Part shown: positions 1 through 9,204 of the stretch, in pieces
Position numbering within the stretch: position 1 is the first letter of the stretch
Layout: each line of letters begins with the position of its first letter
DNA from: a bacterium
GTDB taxonomy: Bacteria > Margulisbacteria > Marinamargulisbacteria > JAHFDA01
Reading direction: 5' to 3'
DNA: 64,000 nucleotides
NCBI GenBank assembly: GCA_023249225.1
Contig: JAHFDA010000007.1
Location: 1,169-65,168 of the forward strand
Notes under the pieces: model-generated
Told to the model about the DNA's origin: nothing
Databases searched by the model: none
What the model saw: the letters and a program-made list of their open reading frames with translations, nothing else
Program-made: the position numbers and the translations under genes

Positions 1-447
1 GGTTATGCGATGGATCTTTAAACCTGTGCGCCTTGCTTCTTCAACCAGGCACACACTGGCATCTCGGAAGGTAAATAGATCAGGCAGTCGGTCTTCAATC
101 AGCATCCGGGTCATGAGAATCCGTTCATCTGGCGAAAGTTCTCCCTTTTTGTAAATTATTTTGTTTGCCTGGTGATCCAGCCAAAATATTTTTGGAATGC
201 TTGCCCAGGGCAATCTCAAGATCTGCCAAGCCAGTGCCATGGGGGGATGAACCAAAAAAGCGGGACTCACGCTGGATAAAACCACCGTTTGAATATGTGT
301 AGTGGCAATAAACCGTGTGGTGTCCAAAATGGATCGGGCAATAGTAAAATCCATCTCGGTCAATGATTTTGGATCTACCCGATTTACCGGATGGGTAAAG
401 TCCAGCCGTAATTCCGGAATCAACCAGGCACTGCGTCTATGGTTCAT
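1..447 (-). CDS. Hypothetical protein, truncated at window edge; possible degenerate phosphoribosyltransferase-like motif
   Basis: Manual translation from ATG 447 gives MNHRRSAWLIPELRLDF...SVCLVEEARRTGLKIHRIT, open to position 1. It is missing from the ORF track because there is no stop in the window. Confidence 0.55.
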   Translation of the reverse strand, partial: MNHRRSAWLIPELRLDFTHPVNRVDPKSLTEMDFTIARSILDTTRFIATTHIQTVVLSSVSPAFLVHPPMALAWQILRLPWASIPKIFWLDHQANKIIYKKGELSPDERILMTRMLIEDRLPDLFTFRDASVCLVEEARRTGLKIHRIT

Positions 448-508
448 TTGATATTTATCGTTACAAAGTTTACGGGTCTCCCACTCAAATCATTCCCTTG
501 TTTTTCCC

Positions 509-1531
509 CTATTTCTTTGGCGGAACAGGCTTGGTCTGGACCGCCTTTACATTCTGCGTCAGGGGTTCCAGGGCAGTCAGCTTGAGTCCGGCGGCCTGGA
601 CAGCGGCGCTCACCGTAGCTTCGGACAGGGTGGTAGACAGGGGCAGGTATAGCTGGGCGCTTGCAGTTTCAAAATCAGCTTCCATTTGCTTAAGGGGGCC
701 TTGTTGTTTAAGCAGTTGCTCCAGCGCAAAAAGGTGGAAGCCGTTTGTCAGGCCGTCTACGCGCGCAGCCAGTCCGGATAAAGTTAATTTTTCTTTGGGG
801 GTCAAGGCCTTGGGGGTCTCGATCATCGGCGGCCAGGGGGGCCAATAGGGTTCCTGTAAAAAAGCCTTGTATCCGCATACAAAGACAGCAGACTGGTTGC
901 TGCTTAAGGGTAGTTGCACGCCCAGGCTCCACAGCAGATTGCGCCGCGACATTTGGATGCCTGGCGAAATATACCACTTGCCTTTTTCGGCATCGGCAAA
1001 GGTATGTTTATAGTTGGCCTCAAGCACAAAATGCATGTCGTATCCTAAATAATCAATGACCGTGGGCCGGTATCCCAGGGCCGACTGCAACAAGATCTGG
1101 TCGCCGTTATAGGCAGCGTTACGGTATAAAAAGCCGCGCAAGTCTGCATGGCCATCAGTGATCGAAAGAAAGGGCAGCAGGGTTTGACGCGGAAAATCAT
1201 ATAAGGCCCCGGCCTGCCACGCGGCACTTTCAAGGCGTCCCGGTTCAGTCTGGATTTGATAACGTTCTTTAACGCGAAAGGCGATTGATCCAAAACCCAG
1301 TTCGGTCAGCTGCAGGTGGCCCAGGTAGTTAAAAGAATCTTTTTCGCCGTATTCAAGTTGTGCGGTATAGGCAATGCGTCCACCCGCGTTGCTGCCCAGC
1401 GAGGGTTTAAAAAGCCATCCGCCCTGATAGACCGTGTAGGGGCTTTCGAAGAACAAGGGTTCCGAAGCCAAGGCCAGGGTGCTGACCATAAACCCCAGCA
1501 GGGTCGCACATAAAATCCGGTTTTGAGTCAC
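509..1531 (-). CDS. Putative outer-membrane beta-barrel protein with C-terminal HMA-like domain lacking CxxC
   Basis: Signal peptide, amphipathic strands (WYISPGIQ, LLWSLGVQLP), WPPWPP linker, then RVDGLTNGFH...AAVQAAG. TACAAT lies 6 nt before the GTG. Confidence 0.55.
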   Translation of the reverse strand: MTQNRILCATLLGFMVSTLALASEPLFFESPYTVYQGGWLFKPSLGSNAGGRIAYTAQLEYGEKDSFNYLGHLQLTELGFGSIAFRVKERYQIQTEPGRLESAAWQAGALYDFPRQTLLPFLSITDGHADLRGFLYRNAAYNGDQILLQSALGYRPTVIDYLGYDMHFVLEANYKHTFADAEKGKWYISPGIQMSRRNLLWSLGVQLPLSSNQSAVFVCGYKAFLQEPYWPPWPPMIETPKALTPKEKLTLSGLAARVDGLTNGFHLFALEQLLKQQGPLKQMEADFETASAQLYLPLSTTLSEATVSAAVQAAGLKLTALEPLTQNVKAVQTKPVPPKK

Positions 1532-1590
1532 CTTTTTATTGTAAGGCGAGGGTGGTTTGTTATGCTAAAAGAAAAGAAGCGAGGTTTGTC

Positions 1591-2271
1591 ATGCGGCAAA
1601 GAATGCTGTGGTTAAGTGTAGGATTTTTGGTGATCTGTGGGGCGCAGGCTTCGGCGGCCTTGTATTTGCAAAACGAAGAACGATATATCAAAGATAACCG
1701 CAGCAGCCAGGCCCAGGCCTGGGTCGACGAGCGCTATTTGCGAATTGAACTGCGCCGGGGAAATCAAAATGATATCTACTTGTTTGATCGGGATGGAATG
1801 AGCTTTGTGATTCTCAACGAACGCCAGAAAACTTTTCGTGTCTATGCCCAGGCCGAAATTGAAAAAGGGCTTAAGGGTTACGACGCAGTGCCATTGCGTT
1901 ATGCCGTGTCCTTGCCCACCTATAAGGAAGGTTGGCGCTGCAACCAATATAACGGGGTCAAACAAGGTGTGTTGCGGCAACAAATGTTTACCGTGGACCG
2001 CCGCCAGTTCGAGGTTTCTACCGAGGCTTACCGCACCTTGCAATCTGCGCGCGTGTTTTTAGATGTGCTGGCGCCAGACGTGGTGGCGTTTTTTCATGCG
2101 GGTAACGTGGAATGGGAGCGGGGCGCGCAAGGCTACGCTGGCATTCCTGTGATCCAGAATAATTTTGACAAGGATGGTCAACTGCTTAGAACCACGCAGA
2201 TTACGCAAAGCAGCGCGGCAGACGTGCCAACTGATTTTTATAGCGTGCCTGAAGATTATCGGGAGATTTAG
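1591..2271 (+). CDS. Secreted protein, DUF4412-like
   Basis: Signal peptide ending AQASAA; GAGG before ATG 1591; GWRCNQY motif and C-terminal FYSVPEDYRE. Confidence 0.5.
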   Translation: MRQRMLWLSVGFLVICGAQASAALYLQNEERYIKDNRSSQAQAWVDERYLRIELRRGNQNDIYLFDRDGMSFVILNERQKTFRVYAQAEIEKGLKGYDAVPLRYAVSLPTYKEGWRCNQYNGVKQGVLRQQMFTVDRRQFEVSTEAYRTLQSARVFLDVLAPDVVAFFHAGNVEWERGAQGYAGIPVIQNNFDKDGQLLRTTQITQSSAADVPTDFYSVPEDYREI

Positions 2272-2289
2272 TTTTCTACGATCAATGGC

Positions 2290-3105
2290 ATGGATTCCCG
2301 CGGGCTTTATGCGCCCCAATCGCTGACCTGGCAGATCAATCGGCATCCAATTATTTTGCTGGGGGGTTTGCGGGCACTGCTGATGCAGGTGGCCCATCCG
2401 CTGGTGGCCCAGGGGGTGGCAGAGCACAGCAGCTTTCAAAAAATGCCGCTGAAGCGTCTTTTTCGCACACTTGATTTAATGCTTACGGTTACCTTTGGCG
2501 ATCTTTTGCAAGCCCAGCAGGCGGTCGACGCCATTGGGCAAGCCCACCTTAAGGTGAAAGGTGTTTTACCGCAGACGGCGGGGCCTTATAAGCAAGGCCA
2601 GGCTTACCATGCCGAAATGTTGCCTCTTAAAGTATGGGTATTGGCCACATTGGTGGATACATCAATGCGGATGTATGACTTGTTTGTGCAACCGCTGGGC
2701 CTAGGTCAAAGAAAGCAGTATTACTATGAAAGTTTCGCGATGAGTCGCATGCTGGGCATACCCGATGAGGCCTGGCCGTGCGATTACGATGCCTTTGAAA
2801 AGTATATGCGTGAAATGGAGCAGCACGGGATCATGGCCAAGGGTACCACAGCAAAACAATTGGGCCGGGACATCATGTATCCGCCGATTGCCGGGTTGCC
2901 GCAATTTCTGGTGAGTCCATTGCGAATGTTGACCCTGGGCTTTTTACCCGAAAGCTTGCGTAAGGATTTTGGCTTTGAATGGCGCAATCGAAATGCCAAG
3001 ATACATGCAGCGTGGGTCATCGGCCTACGCCTTTTTTACCGGTTATGGCCGCCGGTGCTCAAGACCCTGCCGTATGCCCGTAAGGCAAAAAAAAGATGGA
3101 GTTAA
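2290..3105 (+). CDS. Oxygenase MpaB family (DUF2236) protein
   Basis: GGLRALLMQVAHPLVAQGVAEHS and WVLATLVD motifs. Confidence 0.85.
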   Translation: MDSRGLYAPQSLTWQINRHPIILLGGLRALLMQVAHPLVAQGVAEHSSFQKMPLKRLFRTLDLMLTVTFGDLLQAQQAVDAIGQAHLKVKGVLPQTAGPYKQGQAYHAEMLPLKVWVLATLVDTSMRMYDLFVQPLGLGQRKQYYYESFAMSRMLGIPDEAWPCDYDAFEKYMREMEQHGIMAKGTTAKQLGRDIMYPPIAGLPQFLVSPLRMLTLGFLPESLRKDFGFEWRNRNAKIHAAWVIGLRLFYRLWPPVLKTLPYARKAKKRWS

Positions 3106-3108
3106 AGC

Positions 3109-3540
3109 GTGACTAACCAGATTGCAGCACAAATGTTTATTACGTTCGTGGCGCTTATGATCATAGGACTGTCTGGTTGTGGTTGGCTGGCTTCATTGCT
3201 GGGAGGATCCAGCACAAGCAGCAATACCACGGCCACATTGTCGTCTATCCAAGCCAACGTGTTTAACACAAGCTGTACAAGCTGTCATAGTGGCAGCTCG
3301 CCAGCGGGCAGCTTGAACCTGACCAGCGGACAGTCTTATGGTGAGATGGTCAGCGTCAACGCCACCACGGCCTTAACAAGCATGTATTTGGTCAAGCCCG
3401 GCAGCAGCACCGAAAGCGTGCTGATTCGAAGGCTCGAGGGCAATGGCGTGGGGCCGATGCCGCAGGGCGGATCGGCACTGGACGCAGCGGTCATTAACAC
3501 GATCAAAGCGTGGATTGATGCGGGGGCAGCGAATAATTAA
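3109..3540 (+). CDS. Monoheme cytochrome c lipoprotein
   Basis: Lipobox LSGC, CTSCH heme motif, distal MP and WIDAGA. Confidence 0.8.
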   Translation: MTNQIAAQMFITFVALMIIGLSGCGWLASLLGGSSTSSNTTATLSSIQANVFNTSCTSCHSGSSPAGSLNLTSGQSYGEMVSVNATTALTSMYLVKPGSSTESVLIRRLEGNGVGPMPQGGSALDAAVINTIKAWIDAGAANN

Positions 3541-4128
3541 ATGCAAAACAAAATACAACTTACCCTCGCTTTGTTATTCATAAGCCTTGGTTTTTTTTCT
3601 CCTCTACAAGCCTCTGAATGGCATGTGGATGACACCGTAACCCGGCAGGCCACGTTTGTCTCGGATGCGCCGTTTGAATCTTTCGATGGAGTTACTGAAA
3701 AGCTAGACGGTTACGCCCAATGGCACGGAGAAGATTTTACCGCACAGAGCGAATTTTATTTTGAAGTTGACCTCAACGCGATCGATACCGGGATAGGCCT
3801 GCGTAACCGGCACATGCAGCAAAATTACCTTGAGACAGATCGTTTTCCGTTGGCGCAGTATGAGGGGCGTGTGGTTGCAGTACGGCCACAGGAGGCAGGA
3901 CCGCGGGCTTTGGAACTGGAGGGCCGATTTTCAGTGCACGGCGTGACCCAGGATCTGCGGGTGACGGCCGATGTGGTGTGGATTGAAAATCGGTATCACG
4001 TGCACAGCCGCTTCAACATCCGGTTAAATGATTATGCTATTAAAATACCGGCGATCATGTTTTATAAGATCAACGAACTGGTCGAGGTGAGGGTAGATTT
4101 TTATTTGAAAGCAGCAGAGGAGGGATGA
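3541..4128 (+). CDS. YceI family lipid/polyisoprenoid-binding protein
   Basis: Signal peptide; IDTGIGLRNRHM, YLETDRFP and FSVHGVT motifs. Confidence 0.9.
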   Translation: MQNKIQLTLALLFISLGFFSPLQASEWHVDDTVTRQATFVSDAPFESFDGVTEKLDGYAQWHGEDFTAQSEFYFEVDLNAIDTGIGLRNRHMQQNYLETDRFPLAQYEGRVVAVRPQEAGPRALELEGRFSVHGVTQDLRVTADVVWIENRYHVHSRFNIRLNDYAIKIPAIMFYKINELVEVRVDFYLKAAEEG

Positions 4129-4973
4129 TCATAATGCGGATGTTGCGAGTGCTGGTTATGGCCGGAATAATGTGTGTTTTTGCGCTTCCCGCGCAGGCCA
4201 AAAGCGCAAAGTGGAAGCACATGGGAACTTCGACGCAGCCCAATTACAGTTTGTTTCATTCCACGCAGGCGCTGGCTTTGCCCACAGCCGAGACTCTGCG
4301 GCAGGGGATAATTCAGTTTGAGATTCAACACCGCTTTGTTCCAGCGGTAAGCAGTGGCCTTGGCGGATTGTATGGCGTGGATGGGCCAGCGTATATCCGT
4401 TTTGGCTTGGCATACGGATTTACCCATGACCTTACGCTGACTTTGGGCCGGAGTAATCTTGACGACAACTACGATCTTCAGGCCAAACAGGTGATTTACC
4501 AGAACCGTCTCGGTGAGTGGCCTTTGGTGATGGCCGTGCAACTGGGATCGGCATGGAATGCGTCGGTGGCGGGACGCAGCAGCCTGGATCAGCGGAACTT
4601 TCAGAATTATGGTCAACTCATTGTTAACATGATGCCGCTTGAGCAATGGGCGTTTGGGCTGGTGCCCACGTTTGTTGACAACGCCAGTTACAATACAGCG
4701 CAAACGCAATCAACCCTGGCTTTAGGCACGTATATCCAGTATTACGTCACTGATTTATGGAGCCTGGTGGCAGAGTGGAATCATCTGATCTCGGGATACA
4801 TCAACAGTTATCCGAGTGCTTCGTATGGCTTTGAACTCGAAACCGGCGGCCACTTTTTTAAATTTTTTGTAAGCAATATCGCAAAAATAAACCAAGCGCA
4901 GTATGTGACTGGCGGAGATCTCAATGGCGACTGGCGGCTGGGATTTTTAATTACGCGACTGCTTAAATTTTAA
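4125..4973 (+). CDS. DUF5777 family outer-membrane beta-barrel protein
   Basis: FEIQHRF, GLYGVDG and ELETGGHFFKFF motifs; C-terminal LGFLITR; occurs with cytochrome c and YceI genes. Confidence 0.8.
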   Translation: MIIMRMLRVLVMAGIMCVFALPAQAKSAKWKHMGTSTQPNYSLFHSTQALALPTAETLRQGIIQFEIQHRFVPAVSSGLGGLYGVDGPAYIRFGLAYGFTHDLTLTLGRSNLDDNYDLQAKQVIYQNRLGEWPLVMAVQLGSAWNASVAGRSSLDQRNFQNYGQLIVNMMPLEQWAFGLVPTFVDNASYNTAQTQSTLALGTYIQYYVTDLWSLVAEWNHLISGYINSYPSASYGFELETGGHFFKFFVSNIAKINQAQYVTGGDLNGDWRLGFLITRLLKF

Positions 4974-5142
4974 GCTAAAACCACGTTTAAGCCCCTTAAA
5001 AAACGGGAATAAAACCTATGCGCCGGTTGGGGACGCCGAGTGGGCAATGGAGCCTATATCGGAATTTTCACCAGCGGCGGAAAATTGCTCGGCAAAGTTA
5101 AAATTGCGGTTTATAAGAGCGGCTGATCGTATACTGAATTCA

Positions 5143-6000
5143 ATGCTTAAAAGGTTTCGAGCTTATTCAGTATTGTTCCTAAAGGGTTTGTGCATGGGTG
5201 GCGCAGATTTTGTGCCTGGTATTTCTGGAGGAACCGTTGCGCTCATGCTCGGGATTTATGAGCGTTGGGTATTTGCGCTGGGGGACATCGACCTAAGTCT
5301 TTTTGTGGATCTGTTGCGGAGGCGCAACCAGGCGGCCAAACAGAAATTTTTTTTGGTGCCATTTGGTTTTTTGCTTCCGCTTGGCCTGGGCCTGATGCTG
5401 GCGCCCTTTGCGGTATCGCATGGAGTAGCCTTTTTGCTGGGGCGCCATGCCGCCTTTACCTACGCTTTTTTTATGGGCCTGATTGTGGCCACCAGCATTT
5501 TGATTTTTAAACGCATTGGTACATTTAACTGGCAGACCTGGGCGGTACTTGTGCTGGGAGCGGCACTTGGCTATGGCCTGACGGGTTTTAGCGGTGCAGC
5601 GGCGCTGCCGCATTCCAAACCATTTTTTGTGATCTATGGCTCCCTGGCCATCTGCGCCATGGTATTGCCAGGCATTTCGGGCGCATTTATTTTGTATCTG
5701 TTGGGGCAGTACGAAGTCATGGTTCAGGCCGTGCAGCACGTGGATCTAGAAGTGATGGGCCTGTTTGGCCTGGGCGCGGTGCTGGGGATTTTAAGTTTTG
5801 TGCGCGGGGTGGCCTGGCTGCTTAAGAAGTTTCCGGGCCTGACCATGGCGGGTTTAACCGGGCTGATGCTGGGGGCTTTGCGCCTGCCGCTTTTGCATAT
5901 CAGTCAACATGGATTTAACCAGGGTTGGCCAGTCTTCGGGCTTGTCGGGGGAATGGGATTGGTATGGGGGGCAACGTTTATTTTTCGACCCAGGCCTTAA
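5143..6000 (+). CDS. DUF368 family membrane protein (undecaprenyl-phosphate translocase family)
   Basis: KGLCMGGADFVPGISGGTVALMLGIYE and AMVLPGISGAFIL repeats. Start moved to ATG 5143. Confidence 0.9.
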   Translation: MLKRFRAYSVLFLKGLCMGGADFVPGISGGTVALMLGIYERWVFALGDIDLSLFVDLLRRRNQAAKQKFFLVPFGFLLPLGLGLMLAPFAVSHGVAFLLGRHAAFTYAFFMGLIVATSILIFKRIGTFNWQTWAVLVLGAALGYGLTGFSGAAALPHSKPFFVIYGSLAICAMVLPGISGAFILYLLGQYEVMVQAVQHVDLEVMGLFGLGAVLGILSFVRGVAWLLKKFPGLTMAGLTGLMLGALRLPLLHISQHGFNQGWPVFGLVGGMGLVWGATFIFRPRP

Positions 6001-6018
6001 ATGGGACAATAGGACTTC

Positions 6019-7047
6019 ATGGCTGTCGAAACCCAGGTTCCCAATCAAGCGTTATTGCAGGCCCGTTACCGTCTGCATCCCTTACATGCGGCTGAATATA
6101 CCCTTGAGCGTTGTCAGCGCATTATTGAACTGCAGGCCGAAATCCGCCGTCTCAAGCTGGAACGCAATGCCATCATTCTGGCACATTCTTATGTGCGGTC
6201 TGAAATTCTTGATGTGGCAGACACGGTTGCGGATTCTTATGCCCTTAGCCTTGAGGCCGTCAAGCATCCTGAAAAAGAGGTGATCTTGTTTGCGGGGGTG
6301 TTGTTTATGGCCGAGACTGCCAAAATTTTAAGTCCCGAAAAAACGGTGTTGATACCAGACAGGCAAGCCGGTTGTTCGCTGGCCGAAAGCACCGGAGACA
6401 TTCGACAGATTCAACACTGGTTATCCGATCTTAAACAGCAATACAACGACCTGGTCAAAGTGACTTACATTAATTCCACTGCCGAAGTTAAAGCGCTGTG
6501 TGATGTGGTGGTGACATCTTCTAATGTGCGTCGTATTCTCGATAAACTTCCGCAAAAGCATATTGCCTTTATGCCCGACAAATTCATGGGTGCATTTTTG
6601 CAGGAACAGATGCCCGAACGTATCTTTCACCTCTGGGATGGTACATGTATGGTGCATGAGCAGATCACGCCTGCAGAATATCAGCGTATTCTGGCGCAGT
6701 GGCCAGATGCTGTGTTACTTACGCATATGGAAGCGCCACTGCAGACCTTGCAAATGTCGCACTTTGTGGGCAGCACCACGCAAATGATGGACTATGCCGC
6801 CAAACTTCCGGACGGTACCACGGTGGTGTTGGGTACCGCCTGCGGGGTACCTACGATCCTGCGCGAACAACATGGCCAGCGCCTTAATATCGTAGGCGGC
6901 TGCTACACCTGCCCGCATATGGAACGGAATACTATAGAAGGCGTATATGCGGCCTTGCGTGATTTAAAGCCGCAGATCCAGTTGCCGGACACAGTCATGC
7001 AGGCTGCCCGCAAAGCGCTGCAGCAGATGATGGCGCTGGCGGGCTAG
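6019..7047 (+). CDS. nadA: Quinolinate synthase
   Basis: ILAHSY, ADSYAL, GVLFMAETAKIL and YINS motifs; three Fe-S cysteines (GCSLA, TCMVHE, TCPHM). Confidence 0.95.
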   Translation: MAVETQVPNQALLQARYRLHPLHAAEYTLERCQRIIELQAEIRRLKLERNAIILAHSYVRSEILDVADTVADSYALSLEAVKHPEKEVILFAGVLFMAETAKILSPEKTVLIPDRQAGCSLAESTGDIRQIQHWLSDLKQQYNDLVKVTYINSTAEVKALCDVVVTSSNVRRILDKLPQKHIAFMPDKFMGAFLQEQMPERIFHLWDGTCMVHEQITPAEYQRILAQWPDAVLLTHMEAPLQTLQMSHFVGSTTQMMDYAAKLPDGTTVVLGTACGVPTILREQHGQRLNIVGGCYTCPHMERNTIEGVYAALRDLKPQIQLPDTVMQAARKALQQMMALAG

Positions 7048-7092
7048 GCTTTTAAGCTTTTGCTATCATCTTAATTAATCAGGAGGGAAATC

Positions 7093-7308
7093 ATGGCAAA
7101 ACAAAATTCAGTTTACACTAGGCAATTGAGCCGCGAAATTGAGGCGACTCCAGTTGAATATATCCCTGCCTTGTTGGAGATTGTGCGGATTTTCAGAGAG
7201 ACCGTTGCTTTGAAGTCGGCTCCGGAGTCGTTCAAACAAGGGTGGAAAGAGGCTCGATCTGGCCAGACCAAACCGGTAAGTAAATTGTGGAAAGAAGTGG
7301 ATGCTTAG
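7093..7308 (+). CDS. Putative type II antitoxin
   Basis: 71 aa with strong SD (AGGAGG); overlaps the downstream RelE-like gene; FKQGWKEARSG...KLW pattern. Confidence 0.7.
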   Translation: MAKQNSVYTRQLSREIEATPVEYIPALLEIVRIFRETVALKSAPESFKQGWKEARSGQTKPVSKLWKEVDA

Positions 7309-7648
7309 CGCCAGGCAAGACGGTTTGTCGGTCGAGTACACGCCTGAATTTCAGCGGAATATCCGGGATCTTTCAAAAAAGTATCCTGGCATCCGACAAG
7401 ACATAGAGCCAGTTATATCCCAGATTCAGATGGGGCAAACGCCTGGGGATCGGGTGCCCGGCATTGGATATCCACTATTTAAGGTAAGGATCCGTAACAC
7501 CGATGCAAGAAAGGGAAAAAGCGGTGGATATCGCGTGATTTATTTTCTTAAAACTCCAGACCAGATTATTCTAATCACGATCTATTCAAAGTCGGATCAG
7601 TCAGACGTAAGCACGTTACAGATTAAACGGATTATTGAGAGTTTTTGA
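7301..7648 (+). CDS. RelE/ParE (HigB2-like) toxin
   Basis: FKVRIRNTDARKGKSGGYRVIY and LITIYSKSDQ motifs. Confidence 0.85.
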   Translation: MLSARQDGLSVEYTPEFQRNIRDLSKKYPGIRQDIEPVISQIQMGQTPGDRVPGIGYPLFKVRIRNTDARKGKSGGYRVIYFLKTPDQIILITIYSKSDQSDVSTLQIKRIIESF

Positions 7649-7663
7649 ATTTTTGGATTAAAT

Positions 7664-8167
7664 CTATTTCACAAATCCTATTCTGCGGTGCATGGCCAGT
7701 GACATGATCACACCCCACACCAATGCAAATCCGTTTTGTCCAAAAAGTTTAAGAGAGTCTGGCAGAAACATATAAATCAAGGCCGAAGCCGGGCCCCAAA
7801 ATGCCCAGCTGCGCAGCTGTACAAAGAGGTAATTCCGTTTAAGGTATTCAACCGGGCCAAAGTTCCAGTCGCCTTCCATCCAGTGCCGGAGGTAATACAC
7901 CATCACCATGACAAAGGCGTTATTGGTGGGTCCAAAAAACAACTGATCCCATAGCAGGCGGGGCAACCAGGCTTCTTGCGGATAAAAATGACCCATGACT
8001 TTAAAAAATGTTTCAACGATCAGAATACCCACCAGGGCGCCCATCAGGCCCATGTAAAGTAAACGTTTCCAATCCAGGGCCGGGCGGGTTATTTTTTGAG
8101 CGATAAAATCCGGAAAAACGCCCAGTGCAAAAAAACAAGTGAATACTTTTATAAGCCATAGACCCAT
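7664..8167 (-). CDS. Mpv17/PMP22 family membrane protein
   Basis: DQLFFGP, SWAFWGPA...FLP and NGFALVWGVIMS motifs; four hydrophobic segments. Confidence 0.75.
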   Translation of the reverse strand: MGLWLIKVFTCFFALGVFPDFIAQKITRPALDWKRLLYMGLMGALVGILIVETFFKVMGHFYPQEAWLPRLLWDQLFFGPTNNAFVMVMVYYLRHWMEGDWNFGPVEYLKRNYLFVQLRSWAFWGPASALIYMFLPDSLKLFGQNGFALVWGVIMSLAMHRRIGFVK

Positions 8168-8185
8168 GATTTACATCATACGGGC

Positions 8186-8209
8186 TTTACGTCATCCCGG
8201 CTAAATGCC
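8186..8209 (+). repeat. Remnant of the GTCATCCCGGC miniature element
   Basis: TTTACGTCATCCCGGC is identical to the internal sequence of the element at 31653. Confidence 0.5.
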
Positions 8210-8260
8210 ATGTTTAAAACAGTTACAAACAAGGGAATCATTCCACTGGAGGGTTTTCTT

Positions 8261-8638
8261 ATGGCAGAAATAGGTCGCATGCAAGGTGTTGATCATACTG
8301 ATTTTTTCAGTTGGAATAACTCTGCTCTTAAGGGCACATCGCTTTTAGACCTTAAAAAGGGCATACCCAAGGTGGATATAAAGCAGCCCAGTGGCCGACT
8401 CGTGGCCGTTAGTTTTTCAAGCTTGGGGGAGCATCTCGACCTTCAAGCGGGCATGCTTGGCCTGGCAGGACAATTGGAACAGATCGGAGACGCGGCTTAC
8501 GAAGATCTGTTGCGAGCCGACCCCACGCTAAGCAAACCCGAAATGGATCTGATCCTTGGCGCCATGATGGAGGAAGCCCGGGCCAACATGGACGGCAAGG
8601 GCGATATGCATGTGACTTACGAAAAATCAGTGAATTAA
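8261..8638 (+). CDS. Hypothetical protein
   Basis: SD GGAGG before ATG 8261; 125 aa; no recognised family. Confidence 0.6.
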   Translation: MAEIGRMQGVDHTDFFSWNNSALKGTSLLDLKKGIPKVDIKQPSGRLVAVSFSSLGEHLDLQAGMLGLAGQLEQIGDAAYEDLLRADPTLSKPEMDLILGAMMEEARANMDGKGDMHVTYEKSVN

Positions 8639-8886
8639 CGGATCATGTGATTATATGCGGAGTGGCTGCCGATCCAAACCCAGATAAATGAATCCTCGTC
8701 CTTTAAAGCCAAGGCCCGATAATTGTTTCCGATTCGTATTGACCAGAATTTTCCAGTTTTTTTAAAATGCAGTGACGGGTGCAGAGGATCTTTTTTCAAG
8801 AGCTCGAAATTTTTTTGAGATAATTGCTGGATATGATTTGGAAGAGCGTCAAAATCTTTCCAAAATCGGTTTGTGGCTTGGTGCAT
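8635..8886 (-). CDS. RelE/ParE-like toxin
   Basis: DPLHPSLHFKK, WSIRIGNNYRALA and WVWIGSHSAY motifs. Confidence 0.85.
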   Translation of the reverse strand: MHQATNRFWKDFDALPNHIQQLSQKNFELLKKDPLHPSLHFKKTGKFWSIRIGNNYRALALKDEDSFIWVWIGSHSAYNHMIR

Positions 8887-9087
8887 TTAAAGCTCATTTA
8901 ATTTATGGGCGTTTTTTTCTTCTATGGCTTCTTTAACCAAGAAATCTAGTTTTCCAGATTCGGAATCGGTTTCAATTTGCCGATCCCAGCGTTCCTGATC
9001 TCGTTGGGCAAACCACTGGCGTAACCGTTGGTAGTCGGAATTAGAAAGGGATTCTATCGAATTCAAAATTTCTTCAATTTTAGTCAT
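8887..9087 (-). CDS. Putative antitoxin
   Basis: MTKIEEI...WDRQIETDSESGKLDFL; abuts the toxin gene. Start is ATG 9087; the ORF-track extension runs through the tRNA. Confidence 0.75.
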   Translation of the reverse strand: MTKIEEILNSIESLSNSDYQRLRQWFAQRDQERWDRQIETDSESGKLDFLVKEAIEEKNAHKLNEL

Positions 9088-9095
9088 ATTATTAA

Positions 9096-9171
9096 TGGAG
9101 CGGGCGACCGGTCTCGAACCGGCGACCTCAACCTTGGCAAGGTTGCGCTCTACCAACTGAGCTACGCCCGC
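9096..9171 (-). tRNA. tRNA-Gly(GCC)
   Basis: GCGGGCGTAGCTCAGTTGGTAGAGCGCAACCTTGCCAAGGTTGAGGTCGCCGGTTCGAGACCGGTCGCCCGCTCCA; 76 nt with encoded CCA; TACAAT 9 nt upstream. Confidence 0.98.
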
Positions 9172-9204
9172 GTGCCTTTTATTGTACCGTAATCCTGCCG
9201 AATT

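Noticed and set aside
448..480. Sigma-28-type promoters before orphan genes (CGATAA at 455-460 on minus, and similar near 41571 and 54628)
   Set aside because: No correctly spaced TAAA -35 element.
9088..9156. N-terminal extension MVERNLAKVEVAGSRPVARS of ORF 8887..9156
   Set aside because: It is a translation of tRNA-Gly.
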